Positions 13,521 through 28,500 of a stretch of DNA of 64,000 nt are shown here, piece after piece. The notes under the pieces were generated by a model. The model had not been told where the DNA came from. It saw nothing but the letters and a program-made list of their open reading frames with translations, and ran no database searches. The position numbers and the translations under genes were made by a program. Positions within the stretch are counted from its first letter, which is position 1, and each line of letters opens with the position of its first letter. This DNA comes from the human T2T-CHM13v2.0 reference genome, Homo sapiens. The stretch is taken from the NCBI RefSeq assembly GCF_009914755.1, contig NC_060933.1. One strand, given 5' to 3'.

Positions 13521-16500
13521 GAATGGAATGGAATCAACCCGTGTGCAATGGAATGGAAAGGAATGGAATGGAATGGAATGGAATGGAATGGAATGGAATG
13601 GATTCAACCCGAATGGAATGGAAAGGAAGGGAATCAACCCAAGTGGAATGGCATGGAATGGAATGGAATGGAATGGAATGGAATGGTACCGAATAGAATG
13701 GAATGGAACCAAATGGAATAGAATGGAATGGAATGGAATGGAATCAACCCGAGTGCAATGGAATGGAGTGGAATGGAATGGAATGGAATGGAAACAACCC
13801 GAATGGAATGGAATGAAATGGAGTGTAAGGGAATTGAATACAATCAATCCGAATGTAATGGAATGGAATGGAACGGAATGGAATGGAATGGAATGGAATG
13901 CAGTGGAATGGAATCAAACCTAGTGCAATGGAATGGAATGGAATGGAATGGAATGGAATGGAATGGAATGGATTCAATCCAAATGGAATGGAAAGCAATG
14001 GAATCAACCCGAGTGGAATGGCATGGAATGGAATGGAATGGAATGGAATGGAATGGAATGGAATGGAATGGAACGGAATAGAATGGAATGGACCGAAATG
14101 GAATGGAATGGAATGGAATGGAACGGAATGGAATGGAATCAACTCGATTGCAATGGAATGTAATGGAATGGAATGGAATGCAATTAACGCGAATAGAATG
14201 GAATGGAATGGAAAGGAACGGAATGGAATGGAATGGAATGGAATCGAATGGAATCAACCTGAGTGCAGGGGAATGGAATGGAATGGAATGCAATGGAATG
14301 TAATGGAATGGAATGCAATGGAATCAACTCGATTGCAATGGGACGGAATGGAATGGAATGGAAGGGAAAGGAATAGAATGGAATTAACCTGAACAGAATG
14401 GAATGGAATGGAATGGAACGGAATGGAATGGAACGGAATGGAATGGAATGGAATGGAATGAACCCGTGTGCAATGGAATGGAATGGAATGGAATGGAATG
14501 GAATGGAATGGAATGGGTTCAACTCGAATGGAATGGAAAGGAATGGAATCAACAAGAGTGGAATGGAATGGAATGGAATGGAATGGAATGGAATGGAATG
14601 GAATGAAATGTAATGTAATGGAATGGAATGGAATCAACCCGAGTGCAGTGTAATGGAATCGAATGGAATGGAATGGAATGGAATGCATTCAACACGAATG
14701 TAATGGAAAGGAATGGAATAAACCCGCGTGGAATGGCATGGAATGGAGTGGAATGGAATGAAATGTAAAGGAAGGGAATGGAATGGAATCAACCGGAGTG
14801 CAATGTAATGGAATGGAATGGAATGGAATGGAATGGAATGGATTCAACCAGAATGGAAAGGAAAGGAATGGAATAAACCCGAGTGGAATGGCATGGAATG
14901 GAGTGGAATGGAATGGAATGGAATGGAATGGAATGGAATGGTACGGAATAGAATGGAATGGAAGGAAATGGAATGGAATGGAATGGAATGGAATGGAATG
15001 GAATGGAATGGAATGAACCCGTGTGCAATGGAATGGAATCGAATGGAATGGAATGGATTGGAATGGATTGAACTCGAATGGAATGGAAAGGAATGGAATC
15101 AACACGAGTGGAATGGCATGGAATGGAATGGAATGGAATGGAATGGAATGGAATGGTACGGAATAGAAAGGAAAGGAACGAAATGGAATGGAATGAAATG
15201 GAATGGAATGGAATGGAATGGAATGGATTCAACCCGAGTGCAGGGGAATGGAATGGAATTGAAGGCAATGGAATGGAATCATCCGGAATTGAATGGAATG
15301 GAATGGAATCAACTCGATTGCAATGGAATGGAATGGAATGGAATGGAATGGAATGGAATTAACCCGAATAGAATGGAATGGAATGGAATGGAAGTAAATG
15401 GAATGGAAGGTAATGAACCCGAGTGCAGGGGAATGGAATGGAATGGAATGGAATGCAATGGAATGGAGTCATCCGGAATGGAACGGAAAGGAACGGAATG
15501 GAACCAACCCGTGTGCAATGGAATGGAAAGGAATGGAATGGAATGGAATGGAATGGATTCATCCCGAATGGAATGGAAAGGAAGGGAATCAACCCAAGTG
15601 GAATGGCATGGAATGGAATGGATTGGAATGGAATGGAATGGAATGGTACCGAATAGAATGGAATGGAAGGAAATGGAATAGAATGGAATGGAATGGAATG
15701 CAATCAACCCGAGTGCAATGGAATGGAGTGGAATGGATTGGAATGGAATGGAAACAACCTGAATGGAATGGAAGGAAATGGAGTGTAAGGGAATTGAATA
15801 CAATCAATCCGAATGTAATGGAATGGAATGGAATGGAACGGAATGGAATGGAATGGAATGGAATGGAATGCAGTGGAATGGAATCAAACCTAGTGCAATG
15901 GAATAGAATGGAATGGAATGGAATGGAATGGAATGGAATGGAATGGAATGGAATGGAATGGATTCAACCCAAATGGAATGGAAAGCCATGGAATCAACCC
16001 GAGTGGAATGGCATGGAATGGAATGGAATGGAATGGTACGGAATAGAATGCAATGGAAAGAAATGGAATGGAAAGGAATGCAATGGAATGGAATGGAATG
16101 GAATGCAATCATTCCGAGTGGAATAGAAGGGAATGAATTCGAGTGGAATGGAAAGGAATGGAATCAACCAGAGTGGAATGGAAGGGAATGGAATGGAATG
16201 GAAACTAATAAAATGGAATCAACACGAGTGGAATGGAATGGAAAGGACTTGAATGGAATGGAATGGAATGGAATGGAATGGAATGGAATGGAATGGAATG
16301 GAATCAACTCGATTGCTATGGAATGTAAGGGAATGGAATGGAATGGAATTAACCGGAATAGAATGGAATGGAATGGAATGGAATGGAATGGAATGGAAGG
16401 AAATGCAATGGAATGGAATGGAATGGAATGGAATGGAATGGAATGGAATCAACTCGATTGCTATGGAATGTAAGGGAATGGAATGGAATGGAATTAACCG

Positions 16501-19500
16501 GAATAGAATGGAATGGAATGGAATGGAATGGAATGGAATCAACCTGAGTGCAGGGGAATGGAATGCAATGGAATTCAATGGAATGGAATGGAATGGAATG
16601 CAATGGAATCAACTAGATTGCAATGGAATGGAATGGAATGGAATGGAATGGAATGGAATGGAATGGAATGGAAGGGAATTTAATGGAATGGAATTAACCT
16701 GAACAGAATGGAATGGAATGGAATGGAATGGAATGGAACGGAATGGAATGGAATGGAATGGAATGGAATCAACCCGAGTGCAGGGGAATGGAATGGAATG
16801 GAATGCAATGGAATGGAATCATCCGGAATGGAATTGAATGGAATGGAATGCAATGGAATGGAATCAAACAACCCGAGTGCAATGCAATGGAGTGTAATGG
16901 AATCGAATGGAATGGAAACTACCCGAATGGAATGGAATGTAATGGAGTGTAAGGGAATTGAAAAGAATCAATCCGAATGTAATGGAATGGAATGGAACGG
17001 AATGAAATGGAATGGCATGGAATGGAATGGAATCAACCCGAGTGCAATGGAATGGAATTGAACGGAATGGAATGGAAAGGAATGGATTCAACCCGAATGG
17101 AATGGAAAGGAATGGAATAAACCCGAGTGGAATGGCATGGAATGGAATGAAATGGAGTGGAATGGAATGGAATGGAATGGAATGGTACGGAATAGAATGG
17201 AATGGAACGAAATGGAATAGAATGGAATGGAATGGAATGGAATGAAACCGTGTGCAATGGAATGGAATGGAATGGAATGGAATGGAATGGAATGGAATGG
17301 GTTCAACTCGAATGGAATGGAATGGAATGGAATCAACCCGAGTGGAATGGCATGGAATGGAATGGAATGGAATGGAATGGAATGGAATGGAATGGAAACA
17401 ACACGAGTGCAATGTAATGGAATGGAATGGAATGGAATGGAATGGAATGGAATGGAATGGAATGGATTCAACCCGAATGGAATGGAAAGGAATGGAATAA
17501 ACCCGAGTGGAATGGCATGGAATGGAGTCTAATGGAATGGAATGGAATGGAATGGTATGGAATAGAATGGAATGGAACGAAATGGAATGGAATGGAATGG
17601 AATGGAATGAACCCGTGTGCAATGGAAAGGAATGGAATGGAATGGAATGGAATGGTTTCAACTCCAATGGAATGGAAAGGAATGGAATCAACCCGAGTGG
17701 AATGGCATGGAATGGAATGGAATGGAATGGAATGGAATGGAATGGAATGGAATGGAATGGAATTAACCCTAATAGAATGGAATGGAATGGAATGGAATGG
17801 AATGGAATGGAAGGAAATGGAATGGAATGGAATGGAATGGAATGGAATGGAATGGTACGGAATAGAATGGAATGGAACGAAATGGAATGGAATGGAATGG
17901 AATGGAATGGAATGGAATGGAATGGAATGGAATGGAATCAACCCGAGTGCAGGGGAATGGAATGGAATGGAAGGCAATGGAATGACATCATTCGGAATTG
18001 AATGGAATGGAATGGAATGGAATGGAATGGAATCAACTCGATTGAAATGGAATGGAATGGAATGGAATGGAATGGAATGGAAGTGAATGGAATGGATTGT
18101 AATGAAACCGAGTGCAGGGGAATGGAATGGAATGGAATGCAATGGAATGGAGTCATCCGGAATGGAACGGAATGGAATGGAATGGAATCAACCCGAGTGC
18201 AATGGAATGGAATGGAATGGAAAGGAATGGAATGGAATGGATTCAACCCGAATGGAATGGAAAGGAATGGAATCAACCCGAGAGGAATGGCATGGAATGG
18301 AATGGAATGGAATGGAGTGGAATGGTACGGAATAGAATGTAATGGAACGAAACGGAATGGAATGGAATGGAATGGAATGGAATGGAATGGAATGGAATCA
18401 TTCCGAGTGGAATAGAAGGGAATGTTTTCGAGTGGAATGAAAAGGAATGGTATCAACCAGAGTGGAATGGAATGGAATCGAATGGAATGGAAAGGAATAG
18501 AATGGAATCAACCCGAGTGGAATGGAATGGAAAGGACTGGAATGGAATGGAATGGAATGCAATGTAATCAACTCGATTGCAATGAAATGGAATGGAATGG
18601 AATGGAATGGAATGGAATGGAATGGAATGGAATAGAATGGAAAGGAATCACCCCAAGTGCAGGGGAATTTAATGGAATGGAATGCAGTGGAATGGAATCA
18701 TCCGGAATGGAATGGAATGGAATGGAATGGAACAGAATGGAATGGAATCAACTCGATTTCAATGGAATGGAAAGGAATGGAATGGAATGGATTGTAATGG
18801 AATCGTACGGAATAGAATGGAATGGAACGAAATGGAATGTAATGGAATGGAATGGAATGGAATGGAATGGAATGGAATGGAATGGAACGGAATGGAATGG
18901 AATGAACCCGCGTGCAATGGAATGGAACGGAATGGAATGGAATGGAATGGAATGGAATGGGTTCAACTCGAATGGAATGGAAAGGAAAGGAATCAACACG
19001 AGTGGAATGGCATGGAATGGAATGGAATTGAATGAAATGGAATGGAATGGAATGGAATGAAATGTAATGGAATGGAAAGGAATGGAATCAACACGAGTGG
19101 AATGGCATGGAATGGAATGGAATTGAATGAAATGGAATGGAATGGAATGGAATGAAATGTAATGGAATGGAATGGAATGGAATCAACCCGAGTGCAATGT
19201 AATGGAATAGAATGGAATGGAATGGAATGGAATGGATTCAACCCGAATGGAATTAAAAGGAATGGAATATACCCGAGTGGAATGGCATGGAATGGAGTGG
19301 AATGGAATGGAATGGAATGGAATGGAATGGTACGGAATAGAATGGAATGTAACGAAATGGAATGTAAGGGAATGGAATGGAATGGAATGGAATGAACCCG
19401 TGTGCAATGGAATGGAATGGAATGGAATGGAATGGAATGGAATGGATTCAACTCTAATGGAATGGAAGGGAATGGAATCAACGCGAGTGGAATGGCATGG

Positions 19501-20149
19501 AATGGAATGGAATGGAATGGAATGGAAATAAATGGAATGGAATGGAATGAACCCGAGTGCAGGGGAATGGAATGGAATGGAATGGAATGGAATGGAATGG
19601 AATGCAGTGGAATGGAATCAAACCTAGTGCAATTGAATGGAATGGAATGGAATGGAATGGAATGGAATGGAATGGATTCAACCCAAATGGAATGGAAAGC
19701 AATGGAATCAACCCGAGTGGAATGGCATGGAATGGAATGGAATGGAATGTAATGGAATGGAATGGAATGGTACGGAATAAAATGGAATGGAACGAAATGG
19801 AATGGAATGGAATGGAACGGAATGGAATGGAATCATTCCGAGTGGAATAGAAGGGAATGAATTCGAGTGGAATGGAAAGGAATGGAATCAACCAGAGTGG
19901 AATGGAAGGGAATGGAATGGAATGGAAACTAATAAAATGGAATCAACACGAGTGGAATGGAATGGAAAGGACTTGAATGGAATGGAATGGAATGGAATGG
20001 AATGGAATCAAGTCGATTGCACTGGAATGTAATGGAATGGAGTGGAATGGAATTAACGCGAATAGAATGGAATGGAATGGAATGGAATGGAATGGAATGG
20101 AATCAACCTGAGTGCAGGGGAATGGAATGCAATGGAATGCAATGGAATG

Positions 20150-23100
20150 CAATGGAATGGAATGGAATGGAATGGAATCAACGCGAGTGCAGGGGAATGG
20201 AATGTAATGGAATGCAATGGAATGGAATCTTCTGGAATGGAATGGAATGGAATGGAATCAACCCGAGTGCAATGGAATGGAGTGGAATGGAATGGAATGG
20301 AATGGAATGGAACAACCCGAATAGAATCGAATGTAATGGAGAGTAAGGGAGTTGAATAGAATCAATCCGAATGTAATGGAATGGAATGGAACGGAATGGA
20401 ATTGAATGGTATGGAATGGAATGCAATGGAATGGAATCAACCCGAGTGCAATGGAATGGAGAGGAATGGAATGGAAACTACCCGAATGGAATGGAATGTA
20501 ATGGAGTGTAAGGGAATTGAATAGAATCAATCCGAATGTAATGGAATGGAATGGAACGGAATGGAATGGAATGGAATGGAATGGAATGGAATGGAATACA
20601 ATGGAATGGAATCAACCCGAGTGCAATCGAATGGAATCGAATGTAATGGAATGCAATGGAATGGATTCAACTTGAATGGAATGGAAAGAATGGAATCAAG
20701 ACGAGTGGAATGGCATGGATTGGAATGGAATGGAATGGAATCAACCCGAGTACAGTGGAATGGAATGGAATGGAATGCAATGGAATGGAATCATCCGTAA
20801 TGTAATGGAAAGGAATGGAAAGGAATGGAATGGAATGGAATGGAATGGAATGGAATCAACTCGATTGCAATCGAATGGAATGGAATGGAATTAACCCGAA
20901 TAGAATGGAATGGAATGGAATGGAACGGAACGGAATGGAATGGAATGGAATGGAATGAAATGGAACGGAACGGAACAGAATGGAATGGAATGGAATGGAA
21001 TGGAATGGAATGGAATCAACGCGAGTGCAGGGGAATGGAATGGAATGGAATGCAATGGAATGGAATATTCCGGAATGGAATGGAATGGAATGGAATGGAA
21101 TGAAATGCAATAGATTCAACTCGATTGCAATGGAATGGAATGGAATGGAATGGAATGAAATGCAATGGATTCAACTCGATTGCAATGGAATGGAATAGAT
21201 TGGAATGGAATGGAATGGAATGGAATGGAATGGAATGGAATGGAATTAACCCGAATAGAATGGAATGGAATGGAATGGAACGGAATGGAACGAAATGGAA
21301 TGGAATGGAATGGAATAGAATGGAATGGTATGGAATGGAATGGAATGGTACGGAATAGAATGGAATGGAACGAATTGTAATGGAATGGAATTGAATGGAA
21401 TGGAATGGAATGGAATGGAATGGAATCAACGCGAGTGCAGGGGAATGGAGTGGAATGGAATGGAATGGAATGGAACAACCCGAATGGAATGGAATGTAAT
21501 GGAGAGTAAGGGAGTTGAATAGAATCAATCCGAAAGTAATGGAAAGGAATGCAACGGATTGGAATGGAATGGAATGGGATGGAATGCAATGGAATGGAAT
21601 CAACCCGAGTACAATGGAATGGAATGGAATGGAATGGAATGGAATGGAATGGAATGGAATGGAATCGAATGCCTTTAAACCGAATGGAATGGAAAGGAAT
21701 GGAATCAACACGAGTGGAATGGAATGGAATGGAATGGAATGGAATGGAATGGAATGGAATGATACGGAATAGAATGTAATGGAACGAAATGGAATGGAAT
21801 GGAATGGAATGGAATGGAATGGAATGGAATGGAATGGAATGGAATCGTTCCGAGTGGAATAGGAGGGAATGTATTCGAGAGGAATGGAAAGGAATGGAAT
21901 CAACCAGAGTGGAATGGAAGGGAACGGAATGGAATGGAAACTAATAGAATGGAATCAACCCGAGTGGAATGGAATGGAAAGGACTGGAATGGAATGGAAT
22001 GGAATGGAATGGAATCAACTCGATTGTAATGGAATGGAATGGAATGGAATGGAATGGAATGGAATGGAATGGAATTAACCCGAATACAATGGAATGGAAT
22101 GGAATGCAACGGAATGGAGTGGAATGGAATGGAATCAACCCGAGTGCAGGGGAATTCAATGGAATGGAATGCAATGGAATGGAGTCATCCGGAATGGAAT
22201 GGAATGGAATGGAAGGCAAAGCAATGGAATCAACTCGATTGTAATGGAATGGAATGGAATGGAAAGGAATACTTTGGAATCAACCCGAGTGGAATGGAAT
22301 GGAAAGGACTGGAATGGAGTGGAATGGAATGGAATGGAATGGAATGGAATCACCTCGATTGGAATGGAATGGAATGGAATGGAATGTAATGGAATGGAAT
22401 GGAATTAACCCGAATAGAATGGAATGGAATGGAATGGAACGGAACGGAACGGAATGGAATGGAATGGAATGGAATGGAATGGAATGGAATCAACCAGACT
22501 GCAGGGGAATGGAATGGAATGGAATGCAATGGAATGGATTCAACTTGAATGGAATGGAAAGAATGGAATCAACACGAGTGGAATGGCATGGATTGGAATT
22601 GAATGGAATGGAGTCAACCCGAGTACAGGGGAATGGAATGGAATGGAATGCAATGGAATGGAATCATCCGTAATGGAATGGAAAGGAATGGAATGGAATG
22701 GAATGGAATGGAATGGAATAGAATCAACTCGATTGCAATCGAATGGAATGGAATGGAATTAACCCAAATAGAATGGAAAGGAATGGAATGGAACGGAACG
22801 GAACGGAATGGAATGGAATGGAATGGAATGGAACGGAAAGGAAGGGAATGGAATGGAATAGAATGGAATGGAATGGAATCAACGCGAGTGCAGGGGAATG
22901 GAATGGAATGGAATGCAATGGAATGGAATCTTCCGGAATGGAATGGAATGGAATGGAATGGAATGGAATCAACCCGAGTGCAGTGGAATGGAGTGGAATG
23001 GAATGGAATGGAATGGAACAACCCGAATGGAACGGAATGTAATGGAGAGTAAGGGAGTTGAATAGAATCAATCCGAATGTAATGGAATGGAATGGAACGG

Positions 23101-25560
23101 AATGGAATTGAATGGAATGGAATGGAATGCAATGGAATGGAATCAACCCGAGAGCAATGGAATGGAGAGGAATGGAATGGAATGGAATGGAAACTACCCG
23201 AATGGAATGGAATGTAATGGAGTGTAAGGGAATTGAATAGAATCAATCCGAATGTAATGGAATGGAATGGAACGGAATGGAATTGAATGGAATGGAATGG
23301 AATGCAATGGAATGGAATCAACCCGAGAGCAATGGAATGGAGAGGAATGGAATGGAATGGAATGGAAACTACCCGAATGGAATGGAATGTAATGGAGTGT
23401 AAGGGAATTGAATAGAATCAATCCGAATGTAATGGAATGGAATGGAACGGAATGGAATGGAATGGAATGGAATGGAATGGAATGGAATGGAATGCAATGT
23501 AATGGAATCAACCCGAGTGCAATTGAATGGAATCGAATGGAATGGAATGCAATGGAATGGATTCAACTTGAATGGAATGCAAAGAATGGAATCAACACGA
23601 GTGGAATGGCATGGATTGGAATGGAATGGAATGAAATCAACCCGAGTACAGGGGAATGGAATGGAATGGAATGCAATGGAATGGAATCATCCGTAATGGA
23701 ATGGAAAGGAATGGAATGGAATGGAATGGAATGGAATGGAATGGAATCAACTCGATTACAATCGAATGGAATGGAATGGAATTAACCCGAATAGAATGGA
23801 ATGGAATGGAATGGAACGGAACGGAATGGAATGGAATGGAATGGAATGGAATGGAATGGAATGGAATTGAACGGAACGGAATGGAATGGAATGGAATGGA
23901 ATGGAATGGAATCAACGCGAGTGCAGGGGAATGGAATGGAATGGAATGCAATGGAATGGAATCTTCCGGAATGGAATGGAATGGAATGGAATGGAATGGA
24001 ATGAAATGGATTCAACTCGATTGCAATGGAATGGAATAGAATGGAATGGAATGGAATGGAATGGAATTAATCCGAATAGAATGGAATGGAATGGAAAGGA
24101 ACAGAATGGAACGGAATGGAATGGAATGGAATGGAATGGTATGGAATGGAATGGAATGGTACGGAATAGAATGGAATGGAACGAATTGCAATGGAATGGA
24201 ATTGAATGGAATGGAATGGAATGGAATGGAATGGAATCAACGCGAGTGCAGGGGAATGTAATGGAACGGAATGCAATGGAATGGAATCATCTGGAATGGA
24301 ATGGAATGGAATGGAATGGAATGGAATCAACCCGAGTGCAATGGAATGGAGTGGAATGGAATGGAATGGAATGGAACAACCCGAATGGAATGGAATGTAA
24401 TGGAGAGTAAGGGAGTTGAATAGAATCAATCCGAATGTAATGGAATGGAATGCAACGGAATGGAATGGAATGGAATGGAATGGAATGCAATGGAATGGAA
24501 TCAACTCGAGTACAATGGAATGGAATGGAATGGAATTGAATGTAATGGAATGGAATCAACTCGAGTACAATGGAATGGAATGGAATGGAATGGAATGGAA
24601 TGGAATGGAATGCCTTCAAACCGAATGGAATGGAAAGGAATGGAATCACCACGAGTGGAATGGAATGGAATGGAAAGGAATGGAATGGAATAGAATGGTA
24701 CGGAATAGAATGGAATGGAACGAACTGGAATGGAATGGAATGGAATGGAATGGAATGGAATCGTTCTGAGTAGAATAGGAGGGAATGTATTCGAGTGGAA
24801 TGGAAAGGAATGGAATCAACCAGATTGGAATGGAAGGGAATGGAATGGAATGGAAACTAATAGAATGGAATCAACCCGAGTGGAATGGAATGGAAAGGAC
24901 TGGAATGGAATGGAATGGAATGGAATTGAATGGAATCAACTACATTGTAATGGAATGGAAAGGAATGGAATGGAATGGAATTAACCCGAATACAATGGAA
25001 TGGACTAGAATGGAATGGAATGGAGTGGAATGGAATGGAATCAACCCGAGTGCAGGGGAATGGAATGGAATGGAATGCAATGGAATGGAATCATCCGGAA
25101 TGGAATGGAATGGAATGGAATGCAAAGCAATGGAATCAACTCGATTGCAATGGAATGGAATGGAATGGAAAGGAATAGAACGGAATCAACCCGAATGTAA
25201 TGGAATGGAAAGGACTGTAATGCAGTGGAATGGAATGGAATGGAATGGAATGGAATAAACTCGATTGGAATGGAATGGAATGGAATGGAAAGGAATGGAA
25301 TGGAATTAACCCGAATAGAATGGAATGGAATGGAATGGAACGGAATGGAATGGAATGGAATGGAATGGAATGGAATGGAATGGAATGGAATCAAACCGAC
25401 TGCAGGGGAATGGAATGGAATGGAATGCAATAGAATGGAATCATCCGGAATGGAATGGAATGGAATGGAATGGAATCAACTCGATTGCAATCGAATGGAA
25501 TGGAATGGAATTAACCCGAATAGAATGGAATGGAATGGAATGGAATGGAATGGAATGGAA
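20150..25560 (+). repeat. Type-B HSat3 domain
   Basis: Vocabulary GGAGAGTAAGGGAGTTGAATAG, CAACTTGAAT...GGAAAGAAT, GAGTACAGGGG, CATCCGTAAT, GGAATCTTCCGG, GCCTTCAAACCG, TCGATTGCAATCGA. Confidence 0.75.
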
Positions 25561-28500
25561 TGGAATGGAATCAACCCGAGTGCAGGGGAATGGAGTGGAA
25601 TGGAAGGCAATGGAATGGAATCATCCGGAATTGAATTGAATGGAATGGAATGGAATGGAATCAACTCGATTGAAATGGAATGGAATGGAATGGAATGGAA
25701 TGGATGGCAATGGAATGGAATGTAATGAACCCGAGTGCAGGGGAATTGAATGGAATGAAATGCAATGGAATGGAGTCATCCTGAATGGAACGGAATGGAA
25801 TGGAATGGAATCAACCCGTGTGCAATGTAATGGAATCGAAAGGAATGGAATGGAATGGAAAGGATTCAACCCAAATGGAATGAAATGGAATGGAATAAAC
25901 CCGAGTGGAATGGCATGGAATGGAGTGGAATGGAATGGAATGGAATGGTACAGAATAGAATGGAATGGAACGAAATGGAATGGAATGGAATGGAATGGAA
26001 TGGAATGGAACGGAACGGAACGGAATGGAATGGAATGGAATGGAATGGAATGGAATGAACCCGTGTGCAATGGAATGGAATAGAATGGAATGGGTTCAAC
26101 ACGAATGGAATGCAAAGGAATGGAATCAACACGAGTGGAATGGCATGGAATGGAATGGAATGGAATGAAAGGAATGGAATGGAATGGAATGAAATGGAAT
26201 GGAAAGGAATGGAATGGAATCAACCCGAGTGCAGTGTAATGGAATCGAATGGAATGGAATGGAATGGAATGGATTCAACACGAATGGAATGGAAAGGAAT
26301 GGAATAAACCCGCGTGGAATGGCATGGAATGGAGTGGGATGGAATGGAATGGAATGGAATGGAATAAACCCGAGTGCAATGTAATGGAATCGAATGGAAT
26401 GGAATGGAATGGAATGGATTCAACCCGAATGGAATGGAAAGGAATGGAATAAACCCGAGTGGAATGGCATGGAGTGGAGTGGAATGGAATGGAATGGAAT
26501 GGAATGGAATGGTACGGAATAGAATGGAAAGGAACGAAATGGAATGGAATGGAATGGAATGGAATGGAATGGAATGGAATGAACCCGTGTGCAATGGAAT
26601 GGAATCGAATGGAATGGAATGGATTGGAATGGATTCAACTCGAATGGAATGGAAAGGAATGGAATCAACCCGAGTGGAATGGCATGGAATGGAATGGAAT
26701 GGAATGGAATGGAATGGAATGGAATGGAATGGTACGGAATAGAATGGAAAGGAACGAAATGGAATGGAATGAAATGGAATGGAATGGAATGGAATGGAAT
26801 GGAATGGAATGGAATGGAATCAACCCGAGTGCAGGGGAATGGAATGGAATTGAAGGCAATGGAATGGAATCATCCGGAATTGAATGGAATGGAATGGAAT
26901 CAACTCGATTGCAATGGAATGGAATGGAATGGAATGGAATGGAATGGAATGGAATGGAATGGAATTAACCCGAATAGAATGGAATGGAATGGAATGGAAG
27001 TAAATGGAATGGAATGTAATGAACCCGAGTGCAGGGGAATGGAATGGAATGGAATGCAATGGAATGGTGTCATCCGGAATGGAATGGAAAGGAATGGAAT
27101 GGAATGGAATGGAATGGAATGGAATGGAATGGAATGGAATGGAATGAACCCGTGTGCAATGGATAGGAATGGAATGGAATGGAATGGAATGGAATGGGTT
27201 CGACTGGAATGGAATGGAATGGAATGAAATCAACCTGAGTGGAATGGCATGGAATGGAATGGAATGGAATGGAATGGAATGGAATGGAATGGAAACAACA
27301 CGAGTGCAATGTAATGGAATCGAATGGAATGGAATGGAATGGATTCAACCCGAATGGAATGGAAACGAATGGAATAAAACCGAGTGGAATGGCATGGAAT
27401 GGAGTCTAATGGAATGGAATGGAATGGAATGGAATGGTATGGAATAGAATGGAATGGAACGAAATGGAATGGAATGGAATGAAATGAAATGAACCCGTGT
27501 GCAATGGAATGGAATGGAATGGAATGGAATGGAATGGATTCAACTCGAATGGAATGGAAAGGAATGGAATCAACCCGAGTGGAATGGCATGGATTGGAAT
27601 GGAATGGAATGGAGTCAACCCGAGTACAGGGGAATGGAATGGAATGGAATGCAATGGAATGGAATCATCCGTAATGGAATGGAAAGGAATGGAATGGAAT
27701 GGAATGGAATGGAATGGAATGGAATAGAATCAACTCGATTGCAATCGAATGGAATGGAATGGAATTAACCCAAATAGAATGGAAAGGAATGGAATGGAAC
27801 AGAACGGAACGGAATGGAATGGAATGGAATGGAATGGAACGGAAAGGAAGGGAATGGAATGGAATAGAATGGAATGGAATGGAATCAACGCGAGTGCAGG
27901 GGAATGGAATGGAATGGAATGCAATGGAATGGAATCTTCCGGAATGGAATGGAATGGAATGGAATGGAATGGAATGGAATCAACCCGAGTGCAGTGGAAT
28001 GGAGTGGAATGGAATGGAATGGAATGGAACAACCCGAATGGAACGGAATGTAATGGAGAGTAAGGGAGTTGAATAGAATCAATCCGAATGTAATGGAATG
28101 GAATGGAACGGAATGGAATTGAATGGAATGGAATGGAATGCAATGGAATGGAATCAACCCGAGAGCAATGGAATGGAGAGGAATGGAATGGAATGGAATG
28201 GAAACTACCCGAATGGAATGGAATGTAATGGAGTGTAAGGGAATTGAATAGAATCAATCCGAATGTAATGGAATGGAATGGAACGGAATGGAATGGAATT
28301 GAATGGAATGGAATGGAATGCAATGTAATGGAATCAACCCGAGTGCAATTGAATGGAATCGAATGGAATGGAATGCAATGGAATGGATTCAACTTGAATG
28401 GAATGGAAAGAATGGAATCAACACGAGTGGAATGGCATGGATTGGAATGGAATGGAATGGAATCAACCCGAGTACAGGGGAATGGAATGGAATGGAATGC

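Larger units (their letters stand above)
1..20150 (+). repeat. Type-A HSat3 domain
   Basis: Vocabulary GAACCCGTGTGC, GAAGGCAAT, TAACCCTAAT, CATTCGGAATTG, AGAAGGGAATGTTTTCG. Lacks the type-B motifs. Only two register shifts (1441, 16865). Confidence 0.75.

Noticed and set aside
22925-22939. STAT GAS site in TTCCGGAA
   Set aside because: Spacing is TTC-N2-GAA, which is HSE geometry; GAS needs N3 or N4.
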